Shown one piece after another: positions 9,574 through 21,053 of a stretch of DNA of 64,000 nucleotides (positions are counted from its first letter, which is position 1; each line of letters opens with the position of its first letter). The translations under genes were made by a program, and so were the position numbers. The notes under the pieces are model-generated. The model was not told the origin of the DNA. It saw only the letters and a program-made list of their open reading frames with translations, and searched no databases. This DNA is from a virus: positions 7,215 to 71,214 of the IMG/VR virus record IMGVR_UViG_3300031688_000007; one strand, 5' to 3'.

Positions 9574-9734
9574 GAGGTTTTTTAAAACACATTAAGGTGG
9601 TGTTATCAGCAGGGGCAATCTTCGGATTGCTCGTTGCTGCACCTTTCCTGGCCGCTTTGGCAGGTATTTTTGTGTCCTTAGCAGCAGCCTGGTTTATAGC
9701 CAAGCTACTATTTATGGACGACACCAAAGATTAG
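9570..9734 (+). CDS. small membrane protein (54 aa)
   Basis: Hand translation from TTG: LRGFLKHIKVVLSAGAIFGLLVAAPFLAALAGIFVSLAAAWFIAKLLFMDDTKD*; overlaps upstream stop and converges on vRNAP stop. Confidence 0.6.
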   Translation: MRGFLKHIKVVLSAGAIFGLLVAAPFLAALAGIFVSLAAAWFIAKLLFMDDTKD

Positions 9735-12700
9735 AAGACGTTTCTAGCCATTTCAACACCGCTTTGGGTAAAGGCGTCTTCTACAATACCAAACGGACTG
9801 TTTAATATATTGAGACCCATATCAGTGGGATCATCTATATTGAATCCCATGAAGTCCTCAAGTAGTATTAGCATTATTCCCTCAACCGGCCTACCTTTCA
9901 TCATCTTAAATATTACTCGTAACATCCTCATAGGATATTTAGTAAACATAGAGATGCCAGTATCGTTCATGTATTGAATGATCTGATGGTCAGGCAAATC
10001 GTAGTTAACGAACAGATCCCTTACAAGGTTCTCCGTCTCGTCTTTAGTCATTCCTACCACCTCAGTCTTGTACTTGAAGACTGCCTGCCTAGCAACAAAA
10101 TCACTATATTGAGTAGTTTTTAACAGCAGTTTGTACATAGATGTATCATCAGTCATGTACGTATACCTACCAACAGCCTGAGCACCAGCATTAACCTTAC
10201 TTAAGGTCTTGTTCTTGCCAGCAAACTTATTTATTTTCTCAGACAATGCACTTGCATATGAGTATGGATCAGACTCAGTGTCAATCTCCTCAGTAATACT
10301 TTGGAACATACCTCTACGTATTAACTCACGTACCGGACTATTGTGCAGAACAGACTCGAACGACTTGATCGTATCCTGTGCCTCTGAGATGCCCTTAGTG
10401 TCGTTCAGACTGATTGCAGCCTTAAGCTCTGCCTTGGTTGCATATAGATCACGCTTTACGCTCATATAGGCGTTTAGATCCCTTGCTGTACGTAATTGTT
10501 CCTTTATCATGAACTCAATGGGTACACCATTCAAAATACCAACAACAGTGTTAGATAAGATGTTGTGGTACAACACAGAGCCCGTCTTTATAACGATATT
10601 CTTCTTAGCCATAGACACCATTTCCTTCCAGATTACCTCAGCGATCTTAACGATTCTATGGTTCATGAAGGGCAGGTCTGCTATTGACAGGGATCGTTGA
10701 CCAAATAATATATCAATGTACTTCTCATCAATATGGAGTTCATTGGCACCAAACACTTTCTTAATAAGCATCTTGGTCTCCTCAGGGAGCATGTTATACA
10801 GCTCACGATGCTTAGCCTTACCGGAGTTTAGACCAATCTTAATAAACTCATCCGATTTCTTAAGGAAGTTGGCGTCGAAGTCCTCCTTCATTAGTACCAG
10901 AGCCTCTTCGTTCATCACTGTAGTTTTAGCCTTATCAGAGATGGATCCTACTAGAGCACTTAGTACTACATTTGACCGTAGCTCCTGCTTGAGAACACTC
11001 AGCTTAGTGTGGTCAGTCATCATGTAACGGAAGTCTACAATATTCTGATTGGTATCAAAAACTGGTACCATCACACTTGAATCAGTGATTGCATGATCAG
11101 GGTTACGCATGTTCTTACGTGCTTCCCTGTTATTGCTAGTCACAGCAGCCTTAACTGCCTTCTTAGAAGAGGCATAATTGTATGTCTCTACTGTAGAGTT
11201 AGCCAACATCTGGGATAGCAATGTTCCAGAAGCACGCATGCTCGTAGTGGAGATGATGCCCCTGTTGTAGTCCTGCATTGTGACAAAGTCACTTGAGTAC
11301 AGCGCCTTGTTATCTTTAGATGGATCCGAGACAGTGTCATCCTGTAGTGCAGCTACCAGCTTGTAGCCCATCTCCCGCATCTTCTTCTTTTCAGACAAGA
11401 GGGCAACCTTCACAGAGATATTAGGGTTGGTTATACTTTTAATATGTCCCTTAATTGTATGGGTCTTATCATTGTTGAAGTTCTTAGCCAGGGCATCCTG
11501 CTTAGCACTTACAGCCAGTCCCAAGAACTCAGTAACACCATTCTTGTTAGCATTAGCCTTTGTTTCCCGTTCAAAGATGTCTGCAGTACGTGCATTAACG
11601 TTACCATCAGTACTATCTATAGCGTATAGGGAAGCCAGGGTTTCAACTAGCGCTTCTACTGCCGCTAAATCCTTAGGCATGTCTTTAGGTTGCACAACAC
11701 CCTTAGAGTTAGCAATCATATAGGCATTTAGGCGCTGCATACGTACTGTCACCTCACCTTTAGCCATGAACAGACCTAAGCCTTTACTCTGTTGGATGTA
11801 GTGATCACCTATAACGCCGTAGGCAGCTAACTTGGCCCGCACTTTAGCTATCTTATTCTTACGCACGCCTTTAGTGTTACGTAGGATATCAGCGAACTTA
11901 GGGATCTCCTCAGCAGTCAGGTTAGGGAACAGGCTAATTAGGTCTGTTTTTAGTACAGACAGTGTTAGTGCCTCCCAGTCCTGTTTCTCCATTGGAGTTC
12001 TGAATGACTCTTCGAGATGCTTACGAGTACCTTCAATGATGTTTTTACGACTTTGGTCGATAACCATCTTAGATTTGGCAAGCATATGCTCGACTTTGCG
12101 ATCCATATCATTACTAGGGCCCGCTATTGTACGAAGGATGTACATAAGTAGACTGTTCTTACTAATCCTAAGTCGCTTACGACTCTCGTCTAGAGCTTCT
12201 CTGAATGGTAGTTTCATTATGGCGCCAGTGTCCCCAACAGGTAATTCCTGTACCGGGTTAACCGCTCCGACTACGCCAGCTGCAACATGCACGGACTTAC
12301 CTAGTATGGTATTAGACCGTACGTTCTGTGCTGCTAAAGCCATCTTTGCTATAGGTGTAAATACCCACTTAGTTATCTTAAGTGCGGATATATCATCTAC
12401 CCTGCCAATACCCTTCATGATGAAGTTCGTGTTAAACCGAGTCTTTGTATCTACCTTATTTAAAGCAGCTACTAATTGTATTAATGCCGAATCTGCGTTA
12501 GTTCCACGATGCTTAACTCGACCAATAATACGATCAATCAGCTCTAAGAATGCATTCTGGATACGTCCACCAATGGTCGTAGCAGCATCTCGTTTGGACT
12601 TGTAAGACATACTTGCAAGTTCCGCCTTAAGACGAGGGTCTGTTAATCCATAAGTAACAAACTCGTGTATTCCTCTAGCACTTGCTTTATTACTATTGCC

Positions 12701-15700
12701 GGCAGTATAGAATGTGCCCTTCTGCTCAAATACGTATTCATACGTGCTCTTAGCATGGGCAATCTCTGCATCCTTGTCATAAACATGGCCAGCGATGGAT
12801 TCATCCTGAGACAGGAATGCTTTCCATGGCTCACCCTTGTACTTCTCATTAAGATGCTTACGAGCACGTTCCCTAAGTTTAACAATCTCAGCAGCTGTAT
12901 TACTTAGCTTGGGATCATCAAACATAAAGCGTGTAATGGCATGCACTAATTCGTGTACGTACGTTGTACGTTCGGATCCTTGGTTCAGTAGTACATTACT
13001 ACCGTTGTTTACACCAAAGTTAAGCAAGATCTCATTGTCTTGGATACTTCCGGCGTTAGTGTCACCAGCTCTACGCATACGTAGACTAAAGTCACCTAAC
13101 TTAGACAGTGCAGGTGCAATTATATCTGCCAATAAGGTACGTAAATGGGTCACATGCTCAGCAGTATCTGTTGAGTTACCCTGTCTATCTGCAACACCTA
13201 AGGTATCAAAGATATCCAGTGCGTTCTCTGAGGAGAGTGTCTCACTATCTGAGTGTACGAAGTTCGTGTGATCAATCTGTGAGGCAGCATCTGCCCCTAA
13301 AGGCTGACCTAGGAATGCTTCAACAAGTGCGTCGAGACCAGCTTCAGTAACCTCTTCGTTAATGTTACCTTCATTGATAATACCTGTATTCTCTAGACCA
13401 GCATGATCTACATGTACAATATCTTCACCGAATAGTACTGCTTTATCTCCTTGGATCTTCTTTTGAGTCTTTAAGGCGGCCTTAAGCATAGCCTTGAAAT
13501 CCATCTCAAATAAGGGGCTTTCACTATCTAGCACCTGGGTAGCAACAATAGCTGCAGCAGTAGGGTTCTTATCTAAGGTATCAACAATATTCTGAAGTAA
13601 TGCAACTGCATTGTCGAAGATAGAGAAGTCCCTATTCGCCTCAAGTGTAGCTGTATTATATTCCTTAGTATTTCTTACAGTATTGAGTACTGTAGAGAAC
13701 ACAGCATCAAATAAGTGCATAACAGGGTACTGTCCGAATACACTACGTGCAGAGACATCGTCCATGCCCTGGATAGATCTTGCAACTAGGCTAACACCCG
13801 GTGCGCTGTCATTTACAGTAGAGGTACGTGCGCTGGTAGACTTCTTGCCATTAAATGGGCGCCCATCAGGATACCTAGTAACAACTCTAGATCCAGCATC
13901 TGTATTACGTTCATTGTTCTTCTTAAAGGCATGGATACCCGCACCATCACCTGTGTCAAAGAACTTCATTCTAGGATACAGAGCAGTTAGTGTTGGGTCA
14001 TTATTTATAATCTCACGCATTTCGTTAGACATGAAGTCTTGCTTACGCGCTTCCATGAGACCTTTCTCAAGAGAGTCTTGTAGTGTTTTGAACACATGGT
14101 ATGCAGTATTGCCCGCTTCGTTAAGACTCTCACCGTACACAGCAAACTCATTACCGAGCTCAGCTAAACCATCTTCCATGGCTTGACCGTATACTGCTCG
14201 TACAACTACTTGGAACTTAATTTGTTGCCACTTAGTTAGAACAGTATGAATACCATTATCAACAACTTTAGCTTGCTTGAAAGACTTTGGCTTATTTAGA
14301 AGCTTGTTATCAAACGCCATAATATTATTAACGTGGTCTAGAGCAATCTTACGTACTGCTGCATCAGGGCTTGTGAGACCTTCATACAGCTTGTCTAAGG
14401 AGGCTTCTACATAACCGGAAACTAGTGTCTTAACTCCTGCAAAGTAGTTGTGTTGCAATACAGGGTCTTTAGCGTCCGCTCGTGAAGGCATACCTAGAAG
14501 TGCAATAACATCTTCAGCATGCCCTTCGATAAACGCATCAGACAGTTTAATCTTGTCAGCCCACACATTTGCTAACATCTCGTAGTTGTCAGGATTTACC
14601 TGATTGTGTTCTACGTAGCTGGTTCTGTCTGTGTAAACACCACCTGCAGCTAACTTCTTAAGTGCACCTTCGCTTCGTAAGCCAGTGTTCAAGAAACTTA
14701 TGATTAATCCACTGGTTGTAGCGTCAGTCTCTATGGCAATATTGACGGTAAACTTATCTGACTTACCCTTAAGTGCTTTATAGTATTCACCTAGTGCCAC
14801 TAAACCATCTACAGAAATAGTATCTGCAAGTCCGTACTTGGCAGCTACAGTTACTGGGTTGGCACCGTCACGTACTTCCCTACCTGCATTAGCAATAGGG
14901 TTTCTACGTATTGGCTTACCTGTTCCAATTACTTTCTCGAACTCGTCGTTTACAGTGGCAAGTGTGTCCTTGTCTATAGCTACCTTAGACAACAGTGTCT
15001 GTGCAATAGCGACCTTAAACATTTGCATGTGAACTGGGTCATTCATTGAGAGCTCTTCCGAGAAACTCTCACCTGTTATAGGGTCAGTTGGGAATATTAA
15101 ATGTCTGATCAACTTAGATGATTGTGGGGACACTGCAGACTCAGCCATACCATGACGACTGTTATTCCAGCTATTATAGCTGTAGTGGAACTGATCTTGT
15201 CCGCTTAGAGCCATCATGTCGAAGAACGTAAGAGTATCTGTAATCTCTCGTAAGATAGTATCGTTATCTGCTATCGCCTTCTCCATGAAGTACGTAGCCA
15301 CCTCACTAAGGTCTGACTTGAACCCGGAGATATCTTTTAGCGCCTGGATGGTAGCTTCTCTGTCAGTGCCACCAAGTAGTGCTGCTATAGCTGGCTTAAA
15401 GCGCCACTCTACAGATTGTGCGTACTCAATATCTTTAATTACTTTAGCAGGGATCTTCACATCACTACGTAGGTAAGTAGCACCCTTACGTACCTTACGA
15501 GGCTTCAACGAAGGGAACTTCTTGTTAGATGTAATGCCAAATAGTGAATCTAGGATCGTACTGAGTGCAGCTTCTTGTGAGCCATTCTTAAGGGAGTAGT
15601 TATCCACATAGCTACGTACGCTATCTATTACAACATCTTTACCTTCTTTCTTAGTAACTGCAACTCGTACAAAATTCACTAACTCAGGTACCACAGGAGC

Positions 15701-18700
15701 GTCTGGGTTTAAAATATCTAACTCATTCCTTGGCTTGCTAGATTGGGTCAATAAACCCATCTTTCCCATAATATCAATGGTTGTAAGACCTAGCGCAGTA
15801 ATCATTTGAGCTTCTAACGTCTCGTCTGCAATAGCAGTACCTTTGAGACCCAGTTGCTTAAATATCATGGCACCTATGATGTCTGCCATAGCTGCTTTAG
15901 TGGTACCCACTCTACGGAATGGTTGTAGGGCGGAAGAAGATACCTGCTCATTGGAGTCTAATCCAACTAACGCCTTAACAGCCGCGTCGTCATTGTATAT
16001 GGTAGATGTGCCCATGGTTGCAAGATAATCCATACCACTCATAGCCATAATGCTTAGAATGTTTGGATCCAGGTAACCTGTGAATACACCGTTTACTGAA
16101 ATCATCTTAAGTAGGTAGTTCATTGGGTTCTCTTGGAACCTGTCAGTACCTTCTTTATGTACAGTAGACATATTGTCTTTATCTAAGTTATTAGATAATC
16201 CAGCAATAATATGGATACTGGCTGCAGTAAATTTAGAGTTAAAGTCTGCAAGCGTGGATACAGTAGACAACTCTGCCTTATTCATCTTAAGGAATGCAGC
16301 ATTCTTCTTGAACGCTTTAAAAAAGTTGCGGACTGTTTTAAATAGGTTACGCGATTCTAGCGTGTCCTTGATTTCTTCTTCAGACTGGATCTCCTTAGAG
16401 CTCTTAGGCTCAAGTACAGAATCCATAGTTCTACCAGCTTCCCGTGCTTCTTCTTCACCGGTAGGCCATATAGTAGACTGTACGTACTCTGCTTCAACAC
16501 TCTCTTGGTAGATATCGTTGAGGTAATCAAGATCTATCTCGGTATCTGTGAGTATTGACTTAGAGAGGTCATAGACCTCTAGAGCAGTCTTAGGATCAGC
16601 TAAACGAGCAGCTTCTTTGGCTGCAGCCTTATCTATAATCACTTGGAGCTCTGCTTCTAGGGCAGCAATCCGTGCATCGTATGTAGATGGATCCTTAGCA
16701 GTCTTCTGGGACTTCTTCATCCCCTCAATAACATTGTTAAGGGTGATAGCTTCTTTACCCAACGAGTTGATACTAACTGGGGCAGCTTCTGTAGGCTCTA
16801 TAGCGACTTCTTCAACAATTGGAGTTGTAGTCTCCTGAACTACTGCTTCAACCACAGGGGCCTCTGTAGGAGCTTCAGTAGCTTTGGATATGTCCTCATC
16901 AGTTACCTGAGCAACCTCTTCTACAGAATCTTGGCTCGTGGAGCCATCGTCCATACTATCTATCTCTTCCTGACTTAGGGGAGCAGGTGCCGTAGGCACA
17001 CTCCCACTCAAATACTCTTCTTCTGTAGTAGATTGGGTCGTAGCACTCTCGGTAGTAGTACCTGTGCCATTGACTGCTGCAGTGGTCTGGGCTAAGTAGC
17101 TAGCAATTACTTTGTTTTCTTTAGTTATCTGATTCGCTAGTGACCTAATCTGCCCGTCTTTAGCAGAGTCCCACACTTTACCTACTCCATCGACATTCAT
17201 ACCATATTTGGCTACGTCAGTTAGAGTGAATTCTGTAATACGTCCAGATTCGTCTTGAGATATGATATTTATTCCAGCTGGAATCTTTTGCTCAGTTTTT
17301 TTGCTAGCAATGTCTCGGTTGTGTTGCCAAACAGCATTAAACGTACCTGCCTTAACCCTCATATACTCAGCAAATTGAGTAAACTTAGCTAAGTGCTTTG
17401 TAGCTGCTTCTGTATCACCACTAAGTAGTGCGGCTTGTATAGTTCGTGCATGGGTTTTGGCACCTACAAATAGGTTACCTTCACCACTTAAAACATCTGA
17501 GCCAACTTCCTTCATACTCTTTAGGCGTTTGAGGTAGTTAGTTGCAACTTCACGTTCTGCACCCTGAGGTTTAAACTCATTAATGAACGCTTTAGCTTGC
17601 TCTTCAGTGACAATATCATCTGTCTTCATTGAATAGAGTACACCACCTTTTAGCTTTTCACGGCTCTCAGGTGACAGGGCAGCTACCATACCCTTTTTAA
17701 CAATCTCTTCAATATCTATAGCTAACTGTTGTTGATCAATGTTCTCACCAAGTTCTTGACGAACATTAACATCGTCTATGACCTTGGTTTGTATATCTTG
17801 TAGTTTCTTAAAATCATTAAGCAGGGCCTCAGACACTGTGCCTGGGTTCTCCTCCATATGTATTGTGGCGGCGTCCACCATGTCAGACAAGGTTTCAACA
17901 TATTCTTTAGCTTCTGCGGGCGTGCCTGAAATTTTATCAGCAGTGTCCTGTGAGTACTTAACTGCTTGATATACCGGACTGTCTGGGGAACTACGCTCAT
18001 CTAAGCGGGATTCACGTACCTTAGTTAGAGCCTCACCTGCAGTCTTCTTAATAGACTGTACGATAGCAGTTTCACCACCACTCTTCTTAACAGCTTGAGC
18101 GTACTCAAGAGTACCACTCGCTGTAGCAGTTGTTCCACCCATACCAGCAGCTACAAAGGCTACATCTATAAAGCGGTCAACAACTTCTTCTTTAGTGTAC
18201 TGAGCTCCCTGAGTAGCAGCTGCACCGATAATAGCAGTCTCTTGCAATACCTCTGTACCTGACTCCCAGGCAGCCTTACCCAAGATAGTCTTACTAACAC
18301 CTTTAGCAGCATCTATAAAACCTTTTTTAACTAGGCGATCTACAATCTGATCACCTGTCATACGAGATAGCAGGCTCTTAGGTATGACCTTGCCGGCACC
18401 GAAACGGTCTAGAACACTGATAAGGATACCAACACCAATAGCCTTAAGCTCATTGATCTCCACACCCTTATCTTCCATCTCCAGTGCAGATTCACCCACA
18501 CCCATGGATCCAGCTAATAAGGTTGTGCCTCCAGCTACTAACATTGCAGCAGGTACACTAAATGGGGCAGTAGCAGCAGCTGCCAAACCACCTACAAGTG
18601 CAACACCTGATGTAGCAACGTTCTCACCCATCATTTCCCATAGGCGTCCTACCGTATTGCCCATGCCTTGTGTTTCAAATGTCTCACGTAAGCTCTGACC

Positions 18701-19186
18701 ACCATATTCAGATTCATAACCACCAAGTTCAATATCTCTAACTTGTTGATCAATTACCGACTGGCCCCAGCTCTCAACAGAGTCTTCGCCCATAAATGAA
18801 CCGACCGTACGTACGCCAGCTCCAATCATCTTTTGAGCAGAATCTACAGACATAGAGACAGCAGAGTCCCTACCATTTAATATACGGTGCTTAGTAACTT
18901 CATCGTATTCTTCTAATTTTACCAATGGATCATAGGGAGTTCTTTGCTGAAGTCTCTCTTGTTTTTCTACGGTTTTGTCTGCGATCAACTCAGCCTTAGT
19001 CATAGGAGGCTCTACAACCAGGTCAGGAGACACATAGTTACCTTGCTGAACAGCTAACGCATCCTCAAAGTAGTTAGGCGCTGGGGCAGCTTGTGGCGCC
19101 TCAGGTAAACTTACAGTAGGGGCTGGTATATCCATCTTTGCATTCGGAGAGTTCAGCGGAGTGTTTAGTAGATCCTGCTCAGACAT
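9731..19186 (-). CDS. virion-encapsidated RNA polymerase (N4 gp50-like vRNAP)
   Basis: 3151 aa, no Cys seen; motif A ETDATTSG, motif B RADAKDPVLQHNY, motif C HLFDAV; N4 synteny. Confidence 0.95.
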   Translation of the reverse strand: MSEQDLLNTPLNSPNAKMDIPAPTVSLPEAPQAAPAPNYFEDALAVQQGNYVSPDLVVEPPMTKAELIADKTVEKQERLQQRTPYDPLVKLEEYDEVTKHRILNGRDSAVSMSVDSAQKMIGAGVRTVGSFMGEDSVESWGQSVIDQQVRDIELGGYESEYGGQSLRETFETQGMGNTVGRLWEMMGENVATSGVALVGGLAAAATAPFSVPAAMLVAGGTTLLAGSMGVGESALEMEDKGVEINELKAIGVGILISVLDRFGAGKVIPKSLLSRMTGDQIVDRLVKKGFIDAAKGVSKTILGKAAWESGTEVLQETAIIGAAATQGAQYTKEEVVDRFIDVAFVAAGMGGTTATASGTLEYAQAVKKSGGETAIVQSIKKTAGEALTKVRESRLDERSSPDSPVYQAVKYSQDTADKISGTPAEAKEYVETLSDMVDAATIHMEENPGTVSEALLNDFKKLQDIQTKVIDDVNVRQELGENIDQQQLAIDIEEIVKKGMVAALSPESREKLKGGVLYSMKTDDIVTEEQAKAFINEFKPQGAEREVATNYLKRLKSMKEVGSDVLSGEGNLFVGAKTHARTIQAALLSGDTEAATKHLAKFTQFAEYMRVKAGTFNAVWQHNRDIASKKTEQKIPAGINIISQDESGRITEFTLTDVAKYGMNVDGVGKVWDSAKDGQIRSLANQITKENKVIASYLAQTTAAVNGTGTTTESATTQSTTEEEYLSGSVPTAPAPLSQEEIDSMDDGSTSQDSVEEVAQVTDEDISKATEAPTEAPVVEAVVQETTTPIVEEVAIEPTEAAPVSINSLGKEAITLNNVIEGMKKSQKTAKDPSTYDARIAALEAELQVIIDKAAAKEAARLADPKTALEVYDLSKSILTDTEIDLDYLNDIYQESVEAEYVQSTIWPTGEEEAREAGRTMDSVLEPKSSKEIQSEEEIKDTLESRNLFKTVRNFFKAFKKNAAFLKMNKAELSTVSTLADFNSKFTAASIHIIAGLSNNLDKDNMSTVHKEGTDRFQENPMNYLLKMISVNGVFTGYLDPNILSIMAMSGMDYLATMGTSTIYNDDAAVKALVGLDSNEQVSSSALQPFRRVGTTKAAMADIIGAMIFKQLGLKGTAIADETLEAQMITALGLTTIDIMGKMGLLTQSSKPRNELDILNPDAPVVPELVNFVRVAVTKKEGKDVVIDSVRSYVDNYSLKNGSQEAALSTILDSLFGITSNKKFPSLKPRKVRKGATYLRSDVKIPAKVIKDIEYAQSVEWRFKPAIAALLGGTDREATIQALKDISGFKSDLSEVATYFMEKAIADNDTILREITDTLTFFDMMALSGQDQFHYSYNSWNNSRHGMAESAVSPQSSKLIRHLIFPTDPITGESFSEELSMNDPVHMQMFKVAIAQTLLSKVAIDKDTLATVNDEFEKVIGTGKPIRRNPIANAGREVRDGANPVTVAAKYGLADTISVDGLVALGEYYKALKGKSDKFTVNIAIETDATTSGLIISFLNTGLRSEGALKKLAAGGVYTDRTSYVEHNQVNPDNYEMLANVWADKIKLSDAFIEGHAEDVIALLGMPSRADAKDPVLQHNYFAGVKTLVSGYVEASLDKLYEGLTSPDAAVRKIALDHVNNIMAFDNKLLNKPKSFKQAKVVDNGIHTVLTKWQQIKFQVVVRAVYGQAMEDGLAELGNEFAVYGESLNEAGNTAYHVFKTLQDSLEKGLMEARKQDFMSNEMREIINNDPTLTALYPRMKFFDTGDGAGIHAFKKNNERNTDAGSRVVTRYPDGRPFNGKKSTSARTSTVNDSAPGVSLVARSIQGMDDVSARSVFGQYPVMHLFDAVFSTVLNTVRNTKEYNTATLEANRDFSIFDNAVALLQNIVDTLDKNPTAAAIVATQVLDSESPLFEMDFKAMLKAALKTQKKIQGDKAVLFGEDIVHVDHAGLENTGIINEGNINEEVTEAGLDALVEAFLGQPLGADAASQIDHTNFVHSDSETLSSENALDIFDTLGVADRQGNSTDTAEHVTHLRTLLADIIAPALSKLGDFSLRMRRAGDTNAGSIQDNEILLNFGVNNGSNVLLNQGSERTTYVHELVHAITRFMFDDPKLSNTAAEIVKLRERARKHLNEKYKGEPWKAFLSQDESIAGHVYDKDAEIAHAKSTYEYVFEQKGTFYTAGNSNKASARGIHEFVTYGLTDPRLKAELASMSYKSKRDAATTIGGRIQNAFLELIDRIIGRVKHRGTNADSALIQLVAALNKVDTKTRFNTNFIMKGIGRVDDISALKITKWVFTPIAKMALAAQNVRSNTILGKSVHVAAGVVGAVNPVQELPVGDTGAIMKLPFREALDESRKRLRISKNSLLMYILRTIAGPSNDMDRKVEHMLAKSKMVIDQSRKNIIEGTRKHLEESFRTPMEKQDWEALTLSVLKTDLISLFPNLTAEEIPKFADILRNTKGVRKNKIAKVRAKLAAYGVIGDHYIQQSKGLGLFMAKGEVTVRMQRLNAYMIANSKGVVQPKDMPKDLAAVEALVETLASLYAIDSTDGNVNARTADIFERETKANANKNGVTEFLGLAVSAKQDALAKNFNNDKTHTIKGHIKSITNPNISVKVALLSEKKKMREMGYKLVAALQDDTVSDPSKDNKALYSSDFVTMQDYNRGIISTTSMRASGTLLSQMLANSTVETYNYASSKKAVKAAVTSNNREARKNMRNPDHAITDSSVMVPVFDTNQNIVDFRYMMTDHTKLSVLKQELRSNVVLSALVGSISDKAKTTVMNEEALVLMKEDFDANFLKKSDEFIKIGLNSGKAKHRELYNMLPEETKMLIKKVFGANELHIDEKYIDILFGQRSLSIADLPFMNHRIVKIAEVIWKEMVSMAKKNIVIKTGSVLYHNILSNTVVGILNGVPIEFMIKEQLRTARDLNAYMSVKRDLYATKAELKAAISLNDTKGISEAQDTIKSFESVLHNSPVRELIRRGMFQSITEEIDTESDPYSYASALSEKINKFAGKNKTLSKVNAGAQAVGRYTYMTDDTSMYKLLLKTTQYSDFVARQAVFKYKTEVVGMTKDETENLVRDLFVNYDLPDHQIIQYMNDTGISMFTKYPMRMLRVIFKMMKGRPVEGIMLILLEDFMGFNIDDPTDMGLNILNSPFGIVEDAFTQSGVEMARNVF

Positions 19187-19208
19187 GGTGTATCCTGTAG
19201 ATATGAGA

Positions 19209-19229
19209 AAGGGGCATATTATGCCCCTT
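19209..19229. terminator. stem-loop between gp51-like gene and vRNAP
   Basis: AAGGGGCAT-ATT-ATGCCCCTT; T-rich tail on minus strand. Confidence 0.55.
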
Positions 19230-19262
19230 AGTGTATTCAGTTATTGCCTAATCAGCAAGGAA

Positions 19263-21041
19263 TTACTTATTACTGGCACCCCATGCCTGCAATGCTTGTC
19301 GATAAACATCATCAACAAATTCATCAGGAATGTTATGCGTAGACTTAATTAACCGCTTAATAGTGGCTTTATGAGGCTCAGTATCACCTGGTTCCATTTG
19401 ACTAAGTACTAAATCTACTAAGCGACCATCTGCTGGCATCACCTTAGCTAGGTCTTCCTCACGCGCAACTGTTTTAGCTGTAGCAGTTTGTGCTCGCTTA
19501 AGTACCTTATCAAGTGTCTCTTGTGCGTATGCAGCAGCTTGAGGAGTCATTGCGGTTTGAACACCACCCTGAGCCGTAGACACTGCTTGGGCATCAGCTT
19601 TTGACACACTGCCGGTTGAGTTAGGTGCAATAAGAGTTTTAGCGTTTGCTACAGAGATCACAGCTGCACTAGGTAATGGTGTGGTAGTAGCTGTACTAGG
19701 TACTACTCCAGTGCCAGTACCTTTCTTAGAAGCTAGCGCCGCTGCTTGTGAGGCAGCTAAGGCGTCTGCTTCAGCTTGTTTACCACCAGCAGTAAGCCTA
19801 TCAATAATAGCCTTATTAGAAGAGGTGCTCTGAATACCTGAGGCATTACGTACTTTTGCTGTAGCGTCAGATAGCTGACCATCACGATTGTTACGTAAGC
19901 TCTTTTTACCTTTCACATACTCTTTACGTAAGGCAGTAGCTCTACCAACTTTAGCTAACCCCTCTTTCAAGAAGTCGTTATTCGCTGCGTCTTTGCGAAG
20001 CTGGTCTGTGTCCACACCGTTGTCAAACCAAAGAACACCTTGTTCATGGTTACGTTGGATAAGGAATATTAGTTCAGCATCACTTAGATTAGCGTCCTTA
20101 CCAATATCTCGAATTATACCTTTAAGAGTTCTACCTGCATCAATACCTGGTTCCCAAGTACCTGATTCATACTGCTCGTTGATATACTGATCCACTGTAG
20201 TGTTATCCACAGTAGCTGCAACCATTGCAGGAGAGATACCAAGTATTTGGGAGGTACTGTTGTAGTTCTCCTCTAGTGATTGAAGATCCATCTGGTAATC
20301 TTCATCAATGTTCTTATTGGCTTGCTCGTACGCAGGACGTAGGGCCTCATCAATTTCACTAAAGGTACTAATCACACTCTTGTGGGAGGCAATAGCCGCT
20401 TGCTTCTCAGTCTCGGTCATCTGACCACCAGCTCCACCTAAGATATTAGTTAGGAAGTTCTCTTTCTGCTCAGCAAATGTGGCAGGCACCTGATAGCCAC
20501 CTGCACGAGCTGCCTCTGCAAACATACCCTGCTGTTCTGGAGACAGTGTCTCAGTACCTAATAGGTTACCGTTTTCAATACGTACAGAACCTTGTAATTC
20601 AGCTGGCAAAGATGCTCTAGCTTGCTCAAAGGCATTTACGTTACCTTGTAGGAAATCACCATACCCGGTACGTGTCTCAGTGTTTACACGATCCATAGTA
20701 CCTGCAAGTGCTTGCTCACGCTGGGCATCGTAAGATGAGCGAAGTAGGTCTCGGTCAATACGCTTACCATATCCATCAAGACCTACACCAGTAACGGAGT
20801 TCTTAATCTGACCGTATTCAGTAAGATTAGTAGTGTCTTCAATCCGACGGCGCACATCTGCAGTGTTGACATCAATATCATCCTGTAGACGAGACTCCAC
20901 ACCCTTATCATAATTAGAGAGTCCAGTTTGTGCTGACTCCATTGCCTTAGAAAATAGGTCGCCTGCTGCAGTGAGTGCACTAACTGAAGTAGCGCCACTC
21001 GGTGCAGTCATTTGTGTCCATTTGGGTGATTGGTAAGCCAT
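19263..21041 (-). CDS. virion/ejected protein (N4 gp51 position)
   Basis: 592 aa, Ala/Gln-rich, Cys-free, directly upstream of vRNAP. Confidence 0.7.
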   Translation of the reverse strand: MAYQSPKWTQMTAPSGATSVSALTAAGDLFSKAMESAQTGLSNYDKGVESRLQDDIDVNTADVRRRIEDTTNLTEYGQIKNSVTGVGLDGYGKRIDRDLLRSSYDAQREQALAGTMDRVNTETRTGYGDFLQGNVNAFEQARASLPAELQGSVRIENGNLLGTETLSPEQQGMFAEAARAGGYQVPATFAEQKENFLTNILGGAGGQMTETEKQAAIASHKSVISTFSEIDEALRPAYEQANKNIDEDYQMDLQSLEENYNSTSQILGISPAMVAATVDNTTVDQYINEQYESGTWEPGIDAGRTLKGIIRDIGKDANLSDAELIFLIQRNHEQGVLWFDNGVDTDQLRKDAANNDFLKEGLAKVGRATALRKEYVKGKKSLRNNRDGQLSDATAKVRNASGIQSTSSNKAIIDRLTAGGKQAEADALAASQAAALASKKGTGTGVVPSTATTTPLPSAAVISVANAKTLIAPNSTGSVSKADAQAVSTAQGGVQTAMTPQAAAYAQETLDKVLKRAQTATAKTVAREEDLAKVMPADGRLVDLVLSQMEPGDTEPHKATIKRLIKSTHNIPDEFVDDVYRQALQAWGASNK

Positions 21042-21053
21042 AATACTTATTCC

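Noticed and set aside
10209-18698. Many + strand ORFs opposite vRNAP (and similar antisense ORFs opposite other late genes)
   Set aside because: Shadow ORFs from codon bias of the real minus-strand genes; Ser/Leu-rich, no RBS or motifs
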